From a virus (lineage: Duplodnaviria; Heunggongvirae; Uroviricota; Caudoviricetes), in IMG/VR virus record IMGVR_UViG_3300011008_000020: a DNA stretch of 39,255 bases. One strand, given 5' to 3'. This document shows positions 23,019 to 32,140 of this stretch, piece after piece (within the stretch, counting starts at the first letter, position 1; each line of letters begins with the position of its first letter). The translations under genes and the position numbers were made by a program. The notes beneath the pieces were generated by a model. That model did not search any database and was not told where the DNA came from. It saw only the letters and a program-made list of their open reading frames with translations.

Positions 23019-23954
23019 TTATCCGATAAGTGAAAGCGGGCGCACGGCATAGACGTACGAGGCGTCCCCGGAGTCCGCGTTGCCGTTCCAGCTGACACGG
23101 CACGCCCAGGGCGCGGAGTAGACGTCACGCAGCCACCAGTTCGAGCGGTTGTACTTGAAGTCAGGCTTCACGCGGAAAAGGTCAAGCTGCCTTGCGCTGT
23201 GGCCGACCTCATAGGCGCTGCTACCCCATACGCGGCAACCGTAGACTTCCACTTCGGACAGCAGTTCGACGTCGGCATCGACCCACGCCCACCCGGTCGC
23301 TGCGCCACTGGAATAGGCGGACGGGTACAAGGCGCGGTAGGAAAGCACATGGCTCGTGCCGAAGTCCGTGCGGATGGCAGGACGAACAGTGTCCTTGATG
23401 TACTTCCTGATGGTGCCCTCGTCGGTGCTGACATAGCCCTTGCTGGTGTCGTTGCTGGAATACCATGCGGACGTCCAGCCGCCGTCAGAAACAACGCCGA
23501 TGTGGCCGCGCTGCATGGCGGTGTCGCCAACGTTCCAGTAGGGCTCGAAGCTGACGATGGTGTGGGTGTGGCCGTTGATGACCCAGTAATCGCCCAGCCA
23601 CAGGCCGTCATAGGTGCGGCCAGCGATGGCCGCGAGCTGTGCGGACGTGATGCTGGAGCCGAGATTCTTGCCGCGAGGCGGCATGGCATTGTGGTAGGCG
23701 GCGCTGCGGGTGGCGGCATTGTCAAAGAAAATAATCTTCGACGGATCCTCCAGGAGCGCGGCGAATTCCTTTGACATCAAGCCCTTGTTTGCGCTGGTCG
23801 CCAGCTTGATAAAACCGTTTGCAATGGCCTCGGCGTCGGGGGCGAGAAATCCTCGCTGTGTGGTGGTCACGAGGCCGGGTTCGAGTGCCTGAATGGCAGC
23901 GAGAATGAGCTGCATCGTCGCGTCAGTTGCGATTCTCTGGTTTGCGGAACTCAT
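23019..23954 (-). CDS. DGR target: tail-fibre/receptor-binding protein with C-terminal CLec-like variable domain
   Basis: Last gene of the fibre cluster; LGDYW..., LLSEVEVYG, QLDLFR, NWWLRDV...AVRP; VR at the extreme 3' end. Confidence 0.92.
   Translation of the reverse strand: MSSANQRIATDATMQLILAAIQALEPGLVTTTQRGFLAPDAEAIANGFIKLATSANKGLMSKEFAALLEDPSKIIFFDNAATRSAAYHNAMPPRGKNLGSSITSAQLAAIAGRTYDGLWLGDYWVINGHTHTIVSFEPYWNVGDTAMQRGHIGVVSDGGWTSAWYSSNDTSKGYVSTDEGTIRKYIKDTVRPAIRTDFGTSHVLSYRALYPSAYSSGAATGWAWVDADVELLSEVEVYGCRVWGSSAYEVGHSARQLDLFRVKPDFKYNRSNWWLRDVYSAPWACRVSWNGNADSGDASYVYAVRPLSLIG
23032..23148 (-). repeat. DGR variable repeat (VR)
   Basis: Encodes RSNWWLRDVYSAPWACRVSWNGNADSGDASYVYAVRPLS versus TR RSNWWLRDVYSATRACNVNRNGNANNRNASNVNAVRPIS. 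Confidence 0.97.
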
Positions 23955-23975
23955 AACGATTTTTCATCTCCTTCT

Positions 23976-24599
23976 TTAGGTGTCCGTGCTGATGGCCTGA
24001 CACAGATAGCCGTCTTCATCAATGAACAGGCCGAGGTAATCAAGCGATCTGCTGTTCGCCGTGTTTGCCAGATCATAGGCGGCTTTGACCGCCGCAGGCG
24101 TAGCCGCCAGCGATTCGCTCGTGCTGTCCGTGGCGCTGCTCAGACGGGTCTTTCCGTAGTAGGTGGTGGTCGCAAGACCGCCATCCATGATGATGAAGTG
24201 GGTGCCGTTGTAGAACAGCGGCACGACCTGACCGGCCACCCATTCGTACTGGCCCGCGTTCGTCCCCGTTATCCTTCGGATGGTGATCGCGCCGAGTTCG
24301 TTGACGTTCAGCGTCGGCGCACCGTTGTAGGTCTGGCCGCTGGACATGAGCAGCACGAGAATGTCTCCAGCCTGCAAAGCTGTCAGGCCGTCGATGGAGA
24401 CGGTTTTGGCCTGCGTCGCCGCCGCCGTAAGGCAAACACCGTAGAAAACCCGCACGTTGCCGTCTACCTTGCTATCAAGTTCAGCCTCGATAGCATCAAC
24501 GGCAGATTCGAGCAGCGCGAGGTTCGCCTTTCGCAGCAGTTTCACGCCGTTTCCGCCAACGAGCTTCTTGTCTTCGATCGTCGCGTAGGTATTCGACAT
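23976..24599 (-). CDS. tail fibre protein with phage tail-fibre repeat
   Basis: YYGKTRLSSATDSTSESLAATPAAVKAAYDLAN repeat; PTLNVNELGA motif. Confidence 0.85.
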   Translation of the reverse strand: MSNTYATIEDKKLVGGNGVKLLRKANLALLESAVDAIEAELDSKVDGNVRVFYGVCLTAAATQAKTVSIDGLTALQAGDILVLLMSSGQTYNGAPTLNVNELGAITIRRITGTNAGQYEWVAGQVVPLFYNGTHFIIMDGGLATTTYYGKTRLSSATDSTSESLAATPAAVKAAYDLANTANSRSLDYLGLFIDEDGYLCQAISTDT

Positions 24600-24670
24600 G
24601 ACATGCCTCTCCTTTTACAAGTAATAGAACAGGGGAGGACAATCAGCCCTCCCCTTGCACGGTCACGCGA

Positions 24671-25621
24671 TTAGGCGTTCTCGTACTCGGTGTCGGCGGC
24701 AGCGATCAGCGCCTCGATCTCGGAGTCGGTCAGCGCCTTGATGGCCTCGTAGGCGTCGGAGGCGTACTTCTTCACGCCGTACACGGTGGCGGTGGACGCG
24801 GAATCGGAATCGGTGCCGAGCACGGCGTCCGCAGCGCCCGCCGCGTCGAACGCGGTGGAGGGCTGATAGGCGGCGCTCTGCAGGCCGGTCACGTTGACGT
24901 TGGTGCCATCAACCTTGATCTGGCCGTTGCCGTCACCGGCGACCACACTCTGCACGGCGCTGTCAGCAGCGTCCAAGGAATCCTGAACAGCCTGCGCCAG
25001 CTTGGCCTTGGTGACGGTGCCATCGGTGATGGCGGCGGTCACGCGATGCTGGGCGTCGATGCTAATGACCACCATGTCGCCCGCAGCGGAGCCGGAGGTC
25101 ACGTACTCGATCAGGTCGCCGACGTTGATGTAGATGTCGCTGGAATCGGCGTTCGCCAGCACCAGGTGCAGGTAGGTGCCGGGCTCGCCCCACGCGCCGG
25201 AAGTGGACTTCTCCTCAACGGTGCCGCTCTCGACCACCATGTCCTTCGGGATATTGATGATGGCAGCGCCCGCGATGTCCTGCGCGGTGCCCGCACCACC
25301 GATGTACTTCTGCAGCTTGTAGGAAGCCGCGTAGCCAGCCTCAGCGGTGCCGAGCTTGGTGATGGTGTAGGTATCCTGATCGGCTTCGGGAGCCACGTAC
25401 AGGCCCTTGTTGCCGGTGGACTTCAACTGCAGGCGGTTGTCGCTCTCGGTGGAAATCTTGACGGCAATGCCGTTATTGCCGGTAACGGCAATGGAGTCGT
25501 CGGACGCCTGAACGTTGTCCAGCTTGGAATCGTAGCGGGCGCGGATGAGCTTCCAAAGCTTTTTGCCGCCGTTGCCGTCGAAGAGCTTCTTGTCGGTGAT
25601 GGTCGCATAATTGTTAGCCAT
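24671..25621 (-). CDS. tail fibre-related structural protein
   Basis: INIPKDMVV..G, YLHLVLAN..SSDIYINVGDL, DGTVTKAKLA motifs; lies in fibre cluster. Confidence 0.75.
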   Translation of the reverse strand: MANNYATITDKKLFDGNGGKKLWKLIRARYDSKLDNVQASDDSIAVTGNNGIAVKISTESDNRLQLKSTGNKGLYVAPEADQDTYTITKLGTAEAGYAASYKLQKYIGGAGTAQDIAGAAIINIPKDMVVESGTVEEKSTSGAWGEPGTYLHLVLANADSSDIYINVGDLIEYVTSGSAAGDMVVISIDAQHRVTAAITDGTVTKAKLAQAVQDSLDAADSAVQSVVAGDGNGQIKVDGTNVNVTGLQSAAYQPSTAFDAAGAADAVLGTDSDSASTATVYGVKKYASDAYEAIKALTDSEIEALIAAADTEYENA

Positions 25622-25670
25622 GGTTCATATCTCCTTTTCTATGATGTCGATGTGTATTAGGTTGAATTGG

Positions 25671-26822
25671 TTAGGCTACCTCCGGGAAGTCCGGGGTCAG
25701 CGTGCCGCCGTTGATGGTCACATTCGGGGTTTCCTCATTGCTGAGAACCTCGATGCTGTGCTCCGCGCCGGTGATGACGCCATCGTTCACGACGAGGCTC
25801 ATGCCAGCCTTGCCGGGATAGTCGGCGCTCTCATGGTAGATGATGCCGCTGGCGTTCATCTTCGTCTTCTTGTCACCGATGTAGCCAGGCACGTGGTCGC
25901 CGCTGGTGGCGACGATCTCGCCACCGTTGATGGTCACGTTGCCCGCTCTCATGCAGATGCCAGCGCCGCCGTTTGCACGGATGGTGCCGCCGTTCATGAC
26001 AAGGGTGTCGCTGTTCGGAACGTAAACGCCAATCGCCTCGTAATCGGCGCTGCTGATGTTTCCGATCAGCGTGCCGCCATTGATGACAATGGTGTTTCCG
26101 CCGCGTCCGCTGCTGCCGTTGGTGCCGATGGCGAAGTTGTCGGAAACGTCGATCATGCCGCCGTTCACTTCAATCTCGCCGCCGCCTTCCGGGGCGATGA
26201 TGCCACCTTCGACAGCATTGATCTCGCCGCCGTTCAGCGTCACCTTACCGCCTTTGCCAGCAGTAAAGGCAACGTCGTTGGTTTCAAAGCTACCGCTTTC
26301 TACCACGATCTCGGCTCCGTCATTCGCCTGCGCGATTCTGCCAGTGACATTGAGCACGCCCTGCCCTTTGAGCGTCAGCTTCGCACCGTTCACAGTAAAC
26401 AGGTTGGCCGTCTTGCTGGCTGCTGTTCCTGTCAGGGTGCATCCGTTCAGCTCAATGGTCAGGTCTTTCTCGACGGTAACAGGGGTCTCAAGCGCGATGT
26501 CCGCGCCGAGTGTCACCACGTCACTGTCAGCCAGCAGCGCAAGGAAATCCTCCTCGGTTTCGGCAACGCCCAGCAGGCGGCTGATCTCGTCATCGGAGAG
26601 AATGTACTCGTCATTCTCGAAGATGGCTTCGTCCAGCTCGTCCTTGGTGATTGCCTCCGACACGCGCTGCTTGTCCGTGCTGGTGTAGTTCTCCTCGGAG
26701 AGACCCTTGCCGACCTCCTTGCGGACGAACCACTTGTTAATCCAGTCGCGGATTGTCACCAGACCACGGCCCGTGAGGGCCTTACTGAGCAGGCTTGTGT
26801 ACAGGTTTGCCAATGCACTCAT
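25671..26822 (-). CDS. tail fibre/spike protein with Gly-rich beta-helix-like C-terminal domain
   Basis: ATG 26822 after AAAGGAGG; KEVGKGLSEENYT motif; repeated NGG(E/T)(I/L) strands. Confidence 0.75.
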   Translation of the reverse strand: MSALANLYTSLLSKALTGRGLVTIRDWINKWFVRKEVGKGLSEENYTSTDKQRVSEAITKDELDEAIFENDEYILSDDEISRLLGVAETEEDFLALLADSDVVTLGADIALETPVTVEKDLTIELNGCTLTGTAASKTANLFTVNGAKLTLKGQGVLNVTGRIAQANDGAEIVVESGSFETNDVAFTAGKGGKVTLNGGEINAVEGGIIAPEGGGEIEVNGGMIDVSDNFAIGTNGSSGRGGNTIVINGGTLIGNISSADYEAIGVYVPNSDTLVMNGGTIRANGGAGICMRAGNVTINGGEIVATSGDHVPGYIGDKKTKMNASGIIYHESADYPGKAGMSLVVNDGVITGAEHSIEVLSNEETPNVTINGGTLTPDFPEVA

Positions 26823-26835
26823 CCTCCTTTCCTCC

Positions 26836-27357
26836 TTATTCTTCCGAATCATCCTCATGGTTGAGGATGGTCAGAATCTCGTCTTCGGACAGGACTTCAT
26901 CGAAGCAGAAGGATTGCAGGCCGTGAATCATCACGGTCTGGGCTTCTCCACCGTCCGGCGTGACTGTGAATGCACCGTCCTTGTCGCCCTCAGAAAACTC
27001 GTAGGTCGTACCGCCGCCCTCGATGTGCAAATCCTCGGATGACAGATCGCCTTCAAGCGTGACGCCATTGATGGAGGGCTTATTGGAAATCTCCTCATAG
27101 TCCGTCGCGTCATGGATTCCGAGGTCTTCGAGAGACAGGTCGCCTTTCAGCTCGACGCCCGCGATCTTTGGCTTATTTTCCAAAGCCTCATAATCGGTAG
27201 CATCGCCAAGCCCCAAATCAGCAGCCGTCTTATTGCCGTTCAACTCGACGCCGTTGATCGAAGGCTTGTTCTTGAGGGCTTCATAGTCAGTGCCGACTAC
27301 GACGCGCACGCCGCCCACCTTGACGCCTGCCAGTACGTTCGTCGCACGTACATTCAT
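26836..27357 (-). CDS. fibre-associated protein with three 31-aa repeats
   Basis: DYEALxNKPxIxGVxLxGxxxxxDLG starting at 27288, 27195 and 27102 (period 93 nt). Confidence 0.8.
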   Translation of the reverse strand: MNVRATNVLAGVKVGGVRVVVGTDYEALKNKPSINGVELNGNKTAADLGLGDATDYEALENKPKIAGVELKGDLSLEDLGIHDATDYEEISNKPSINGVTLEGDLSSEDLHIEGGGTTYEFSEGDKDGAFTVTPDGGEAQTVMIHGLQSFCFDEVLSEDEILTILNHEDDSEE

Positions 27358-27728
27358 TTATAAACCACCTCCGTCATCAGGCAGAAATTCCGCCTATTCT
27401 CCGTAGATGTGCGCTTACTCCCGCTCAACAGCGGCCACACGGTCGTGCGTTGGCCGTCAGAAAGCATGAGCTGGATTTCCGCGCTGTAGAAGCCTATCGG
27501 AAGATCGGCGGTGTCTTTGTGGGCGAATGGGATGTAATTGCAACCCGGCTCGGATTGAATCTCCAAGAGGAGTTCGGAGCTTGCCAACGGTCGCTCACGA
27601 ACGCCAAAGATCAGGTATTCATCTTCTCCCATGACGTATGGTTCACCGTCATACGTCTCCAAAGGCACTTGGATTTCCCCGTCGTCACCTCTGGTCACAT
27701 GGATTACGTCTTTCTCAACATAAATCAA
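27354..27728 (-). CDS. BppU N-terminal-like baseplate/fibre adaptor
   Basis: IHVTRGDDG...DTADLPIGFYSAEIQL pattern. Confidence 0.6.
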   Translation of the reverse strand: MIYVEKDVIHVTRGDDGEIQVPLETYDGEPYVMGEDEYLIFGVRERPLASSELLLEIQSEPGCNYIPFAHKDTADLPIGFYSAEIQLMLSDGQRTTVWPLLSGSKRTSTENRRNFCLMTEVVYK

Positions 27729-27763
27729 GTCATCACCCCCTTCTGACGCCGACGCAGGCTGGT

Positions 27764-28303
27764 TTATTCTTCGTCATCAGTGACCCGCTGGCACAAGTAG
27801 CCGTCACCGTCGATGAAGAAGCCGACATCGGCATCATCAAGGGCTTGGTTCATCTGTGCATGGGACACCAAAACGGTTGGGTCGATGGTGACATTCAGGG
27901 TGCTCCTGTTCGCCATCTCAACCAACGCGCCGAAGGTGAAGGCAAAGTCGGGCAGCTCCGAAGTGGAGGGAACCGCAATTCCCTCGCCGGTGCTTCCGGC
28001 TTGGAATATGGCAATCAGCGTCGCGTCGCCTTCGTCCAAGGAGGCAAAGATGCCGATCTGCAGGGCGAGATACGCAGACGGCGCAGCGTGAAGCTGTACG
28101 GTGTACTTGATGCCGTCGTCCTGCGGCAGGTACTCGATGATCGACAGATTGTGACTGCTCCCGGAGACGTCCGTGAGGGCCACAAGATCGTCGGTTTCTA
28201 CGGTGCCGGTGCCAGCGCGGGCACCTTCAATCGTCAGTGTTCCGCCCTGAGCCCAGTTTGCCAGAAGCGCGATACCAGCGTTGGTGACAACTCCATTCCA
28301 CAT
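27764..28303 (-). CDS. baseplate-proximal tail-fibre protein
   Basis: VVTNAGIALLA start typical of fibre N-termini after an XkdU-like gene; IGIFA. Confidence 0.7.
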   Translation of the reverse strand: MWNGVVTNAGIALLANWAQGGTLTIEGARAGTGTVETDDLVALTDVSGSSHNLSIIEYLPQDDGIKYTVQLHAAPSAYLALQIGIFASLDEGDATLIAIFQAGSTGEGIAVPSTSELPDFAFTFGALVEMANRSTLNVTIDPTVLVSHAQMNQALDDADVGFFIDGDGYLCQRVTDDEE

Positions 28304-28313
28304 ACGAATCCTC

Positions 28314-28991
28314 CTAACTGTTGTTGCTTGCTGAGACGTTCATGCTGCCAGAGATATTGGTTACTGCCACCATCGGATAGACGGCGGTGGAGACATCCCT
28401 GCTCGTCGGTGCCTTTGCGACGGCGCTCATGCTGCCGCCGAGACCAGTAACCGCCGCCAGCAGGTATGCCTTGCTGGTTTCGCCGTCCTGCTTGGCCAGC
28501 CGGACAGTCAGCGGGATGTGGGCCGGGACGACCTTCTCAAGGATGGTTTGCAGGTCGAGGAGGTACACGTCCTCAGTGTCGCCGTTCTCCATGACGACGA
28601 TCAACTGGTGGTTCCCTTCGGCGTCGCACTCCTCGAACCTGACGACGGCTCCGAAGCCGGTGTACTGCTTGACGATGTTCTTGATCTGGGTCGCCGAGCA
28701 TTTCCCGAACCCGGAGAAGTGCGTCATTATGTAGCGCCTGCGGTACTCCAAGGTGTGGGGGACGGCGAACTCGATGTTCATAAATTCTTCCCAGAACTCG
28801 ATGGTCGCCTCGTCGCAGCTCGGCAGAAAGTAGTTGTCGAGCACCTGTTGGATGTCCGCCTTGAGCCGGTCAAGCAGCACGCCCCACGTATGCCACAGGG
28901 CGTCCATTTCCCGGACGTTCCTGTACCATGCCGGGAACCAGCTTGCCAACTCGTCATGGTAGCTGGTGGGTGAATTGTCGTGTATTCTCAT
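28314..28991 (-). CDS. baseplate protein, XkdU/YmfQ (DUF2313)-like
   Basis: EATIEFWEEFMNI...TLEYRRRYI...LEKVVPAHIPL. Confidence 0.8.
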   Translation of the reverse strand: MRIHDNSPTSYHDELASWFPAWYRNVREMDALWHTWGVLLDRLKADIQQVLDNYFLPSCDEATIEFWEEFMNIEFAVPHTLEYRRRYIMTHFSGFGKCSATQIKNIVKQYTGFGAVVRFEECDAEGNHQLIVVMENGDTEDVYLLDLQTILEKVVPAHIPLTVRLAKQDGETSKAYLLAAVTGLGGSMSAVAKAPTSRDVSTAVYPMVAVTNISGSMNVSASNNS

Positions 28992-29004
28992 GCCGCCACC
29001 GCCC

Positions 29005-30099
29005 TTACGATGCCGGGGTGAGCGTCAGTTCGCCCATCGTGCAAACCTCGTCGATGGACGGCTGCACGTTGGCCGTGCCGCCGTTGAGCAGCAGATTGGA
29101 ATAGTCCAGCACGCCATCGGCGTCGATGATCAAGCTGCCGATTGCGTTGTAACGGATGATGGGCGACACATTGGCCGCGCTGTTCTCGACCGCCATCTCC
29201 TTGAGGTAGTCCGTGATGGCCTCCGAAACGGCCTCCACCGCCGTCTCAAGGTCATAACCCTCAGCCAGCGTGATCGTGGCGGACACGGACAGCGGGACGG
29301 CTGTGGGCGACACGGCGGTGAAATGACAGCCGATCTCCGCGACGCCCTCGCCCAGACCGTCGCCAACGCCGTCACCGTTCACGTCCGGGTCGATGTACTC
29401 CTGAACGCGGTCAATGACCGTGGGGCTGGCGGGCAGGCCGTCGCTGTCGTAGATGATGGCCTTGACGGTGTTCGGGCCGTTCCAGAGTGGGATGATCTTC
29501 GCGTGCCCGACGCCGTTGACGCTCTCGCACCACGTTTTGAAGTGCTGCTTGTTGCCGTTCTCGGCGGGGCCGCTGATGCGCTCTTGGATGCGGTCGCGGT
29601 AGTCGTCGTCGCTCTGGGCGGACGACCCGGCTGTGATCGGCCTGCCGACCCTCGCGAAGATCAGGCCGGAAATGGAGGCGACCGGCGTGGCCTCGTCGCC
29701 CTCCTGAATGCCGTTCCCATCCTCGCCCGGCTCCACGGCCTCGAAGTATGGGGTGCCGTCCTCCTCGTCATAAAAGAGGTCGAAGAACTGATCGCCGATG
29801 ATGAATTCTTCCCCGTCCTCCGGGAGCGTGCCCTCGATGATCGCCTCGTAGGTGGCGCAGGTCGCGGCCAGACGCTCGACGGCGTACTCCTCACCCTTGT
29901 CGTCAAGGTACTCGTCCACCGCCGTGTCCACCCGCGTCAGGGCCACGAGGTTGTCCAGCTCCACATAGAACTCGGCAAGGGCCAGCAGCGGCCCGGTGAG
30001 CGCGTCGCGGTAGATGCTGCCCTGTCTGGTGTCGATTCCAGCCGGGGCCAGCGAAATCGCCTCCGCGAGCAGGTTTTCGTAGGTCTTATCTTCATACAT
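29005..30099 (-). CDS. baseplate J-like wedge protein (XkdT-like)
   Basis: ATG 30099; IDTRQGSIY, YLDDKG, DDDYRDRI, GNKQHFKTWCESVNGVG, PLWNGPNTVK. Confidence 0.92.
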   Translation of the reverse strand: MYEDKTYENLLAEAISLAPAGIDTRQGSIYRDALTGPLLALAEFYVELDNLVALTRVDTAVDEYLDDKGEEYAVERLAATCATYEAIIEGTLPEDGEEFIIGDQFFDLFYDEEDGTPYFEAVEPGEDGNGIQEGDEATPVASISGLIFARVGRPITAGSSAQSDDDYRDRIQERISGPAENGNKQHFKTWCESVNGVGHAKIIPLWNGPNTVKAIIYDSDGLPASPTVIDRVQEYIDPDVNGDGVGDGLGEGVAEIGCHFTAVSPTAVPLSVSATITLAEGYDLETAVEAVSEAITDYLKEMAVENSAANVSPIIRYNAIGSLIIDADGVLDYSNLLLNGGTANVQPSIDEVCTMGELTLTPAS

Positions 30100-30505
30100 C
30101 GTTCGACACCCCTTCAAGTTCAATCTCGCCCTGCGTGGTACTGGCGATGAAGGTGAAAAACGCCGCATCGCCGGAGAAGGTCATTTGCAAGTCCTCGATG
30201 CCGAGGAAGCGCCCGTCCGCGCGCAAGGAATCCTGCAAGATGAACTCCATCTCGGCCTCGATGTACTCGCGGGTTAGGTTGGGATTGCCGAGCAGGGTGG
30301 CGACCTCGCTGCCGTACTGATCGTCGTAGGCGTAACAGCCCATGCGCGGCGTCCGAAGCACCTTCATGGCCGCTTGGGCGATGGCCTCCTCGTCGTCCAC
30401 GTAGCCGACGATGCGGCCCTTCTCAAGGTCGAGCTTGTACGTCCTGTTCGGAATCTGAACCTCCTCTTGGATGGTTACAATCGGGAAATCTGGTACTATT
30501 GCCAT
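30092..30505 (-). CDS. XkdS/DUF2634-like baseplate protein
   Basis: TYKLDLEKGRIVGYVD..EAIAQA..K.L.T.R...Y...YGSE. Confidence 0.85.
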   Translation of the reverse strand: MAIVPDFPIVTIQEEVQIPNRTYKLDLEKGRIVGYVDDEEAIAQAAMKVLRTPRMGCYAYDDQYGSEVATLLGNPNLTREYIEAEMEFILQDSLRADGRFLGIEDLQMTFSGDAAFFTFIASTTQGEIELEGVSNDV

Positions 30506-30516
30506 GCCTGATCACC

Positions 30517-30825
30517 TCACACCTTGTCCAGCACGTAGTAGAGCGAGCCTTCGGCGTAGGATAGGAGATAAACGGCGTCGCCCTTGCTCAAGCCGTTCTT
30601 GATCGTGCATTTCTCGGCGCCGACGCCCGGAATCGAAATCGACACGGAGTAGCTGGACAGGTGCTTCGGCACGATCACGTTCTCCTCGTCCAGCACCAGC
30701 TTCGCGTCGTTGTCCACGCTGATCTCAAGCGGGCTGGCGCTGGTGACCTTGCCGGTGACCACCGATGCCGTCTTGACGCCAACGGCGGATTTCATCAGCT
30801 CCCGCAGGCTGGTTTCCTTTCCCAT
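30517..30825 (-). CDS. XkdR/DUF2577-like baseplate protein
   Basis: GKVTSASPLEI...LSKGDAVYLL...YYVLDKV. Confidence 0.85.
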   Translation of the reverse strand: MGKETSLRELMKSAVGVKTASVVTGKVTSASPLEISVDNDAKLVLDEENVIVPKHLSSYSVSISIPGVGAEKCTIKNGLSKGDAVYLLSYAEGSLYYVLDKV

Positions 30826-30837
30826 GCGCGTTCCTCC

Positions 30838-31887
30838 TTAATCGTCGTCGTCATCCTCGTCGGCACCCTCGACGTCGTTGGTGGCGTTCAGCTTGAGCCT
30901 CATGGTGTGCTTGTTGCCAACGAACTCATGTTCGTCCTCGTCCACGTAGTACGTTTGGGTGATTCCGAGATAGGGCAGGTTCACATAAACAGCAACGCCA
31001 CTGTACACGGTGGCGTCGCCAATGAGTTCGACTTCCAGTGTTTCCTCGGTCTGCTTCTTGATGGAGAGCAGGTTCTTGGCCTTGCTCTCCAATGCGGCCT
31101 TCTTCTTCTCGCTGTCGCCCTGCTCGGTGTACTGCATGACACCGAGATTGGATTCGATGCCGCTGTCCTTCGCGGAGGCCAGCACCTTGTTGGCGTCCGA
31201 GTACAGCTTCACGCGGGTGTAGGTATTCTCGATGCTGACCTCCCGCGAGAAGTCGATGACGTTCGCCCCTTCCTCAAGGACGAGCTGCACCATGTTGTCA
31301 GCGCGTGAAATCAGCTTGAGGACGCCCTTCTGGGACAGCACATAGAAGCGGGTGCCCTTGGCCTTGTAGGTCTTCGCCAGCGCCTTCCAGATGGCGTCCG
31401 CCGCCGTGGTGTTCGGCATGGTGAGGTCGTTGATCACATAGCTGGTGTTGACGCTGGTATGGTCTAAACCGAACGAGTTGCAGATCGAATTGAAAATCTC
31501 CGTTGCTGTCTTTTTCTTAAAGACGAAGGTGTCCATGTTCTTCGTCAGATAGATGCCTGCGTCGTATGCCTTGTAGGTGCCCGTCCGCGAGACGCTCTGC
31601 GAAGCGGTGAAGAAGATGCCCCTGAACAGTTCCTCGCCGTTCCACATGAACAGACACATATAGCCGCTCTCGATCTTGATGTCCGGCCTCGTGTAGCTGT
31701 CATTGTCCAGCATCGTGACCTCAAGGGTGCGGGGCATGGCGGACTTCGCGCCGCTCCACCTGATGCTCTGAACGAGCTGGGTCATGTCATAGGTTTTGCT
31801 TCCCTTGATAACCAGAAACGTGATGCCGGATTGGATGGAAAGCGGCTTGCTCGTCAGGCCATCAACCGAACGTGTAGAGGTTGCCAC
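30838..31887 (-). CDS. XkdQ-like baseplate hub protein
   Basis: WSGAKSAMPRTLE..., ELFRGIF, YKAYD.GIYL.KN, SIENTYTRVKL, HTMRLKL. Confidence 0.88.
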   Translation of the reverse strand: MATSTRSVDGLTSKPLSIQSGITFLVIKGSKTYDMTQLVQSIRWSGAKSAMPRTLEVTMLDNDSYTRPDIKIESGYMCLFMWNGEELFRGIFFTASQSVSRTGTYKAYDAGIYLTKNMDTFVFKKKTATEIFNSICNSFGLDHTSVNTSYVINDLTMPNTTAADAIWKALAKTYKAKGTRFYVLSQKGVLKLISRADNMVQLVLEEGANVIDFSREVSIENTYTRVKLYSDANKVLASAKDSGIESNLGVMQYTEQGDSEKKKAALESKAKNLLSIKKQTEETLEVELIGDATVYSGVAVYVNLPYLGITQTYYVDEDEHEFVGNKHTMRLKLNATNDVEGADEDDDDD

Positions 31888-31891
31888 TCAG

Positions 31892-32125
31892 TCACCCCCT
31901 TTGCAGATAAAGGACGGTGCCAACCTTGAGCAGCAAGGGGTGGGAGATCGAAGCGGCGTTCCTCTCGTAAAGGGTTTCCCACATTGCACCATCACCATAG
32001 AACCGGCGAGCGATCTTATAGAGGGAATCGCCTTTTTGCACGGTGTAGGTCTTCGGCATGATGGCATTGTTGACACGCGGTTTGCCGGTGGCAAGGGTGA
32101 TAATCATATCGTTGTCCGATGCCAT
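31892..32125 (-). CDS. stand-alone LysM domain protein
   Basis: TYTVQKGDSLYKIARRFYG...LKVGTVL. Confidence 0.85.
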   Translation of the reverse strand: MASDNDMIITLATGKPRVNNAIMPKTYTVQKGDSLYKIARRFYGDGAMWETLYERNAASISHPLLLKVGTVLYLQRG

Positions 32126-32140
32126 GTGTGCGCCTCCTCA

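Larger units (their letters stand above)
20725..23954 (-). mobile_element. diversity-generating retroelement (target/VR - hairpin - avd - TR - spacer - RT)
   Basis: All canonical parts present in order, with adenine-specific TR/VR mismatches. Confidence 0.97.

Noticed and set aside
23976-28303. A second VR in other tail-fibre genes
   Set aside because: No further match to the TR was seen by eye in the window. Targets elsewhere in the genome cannot be excluded without a search.
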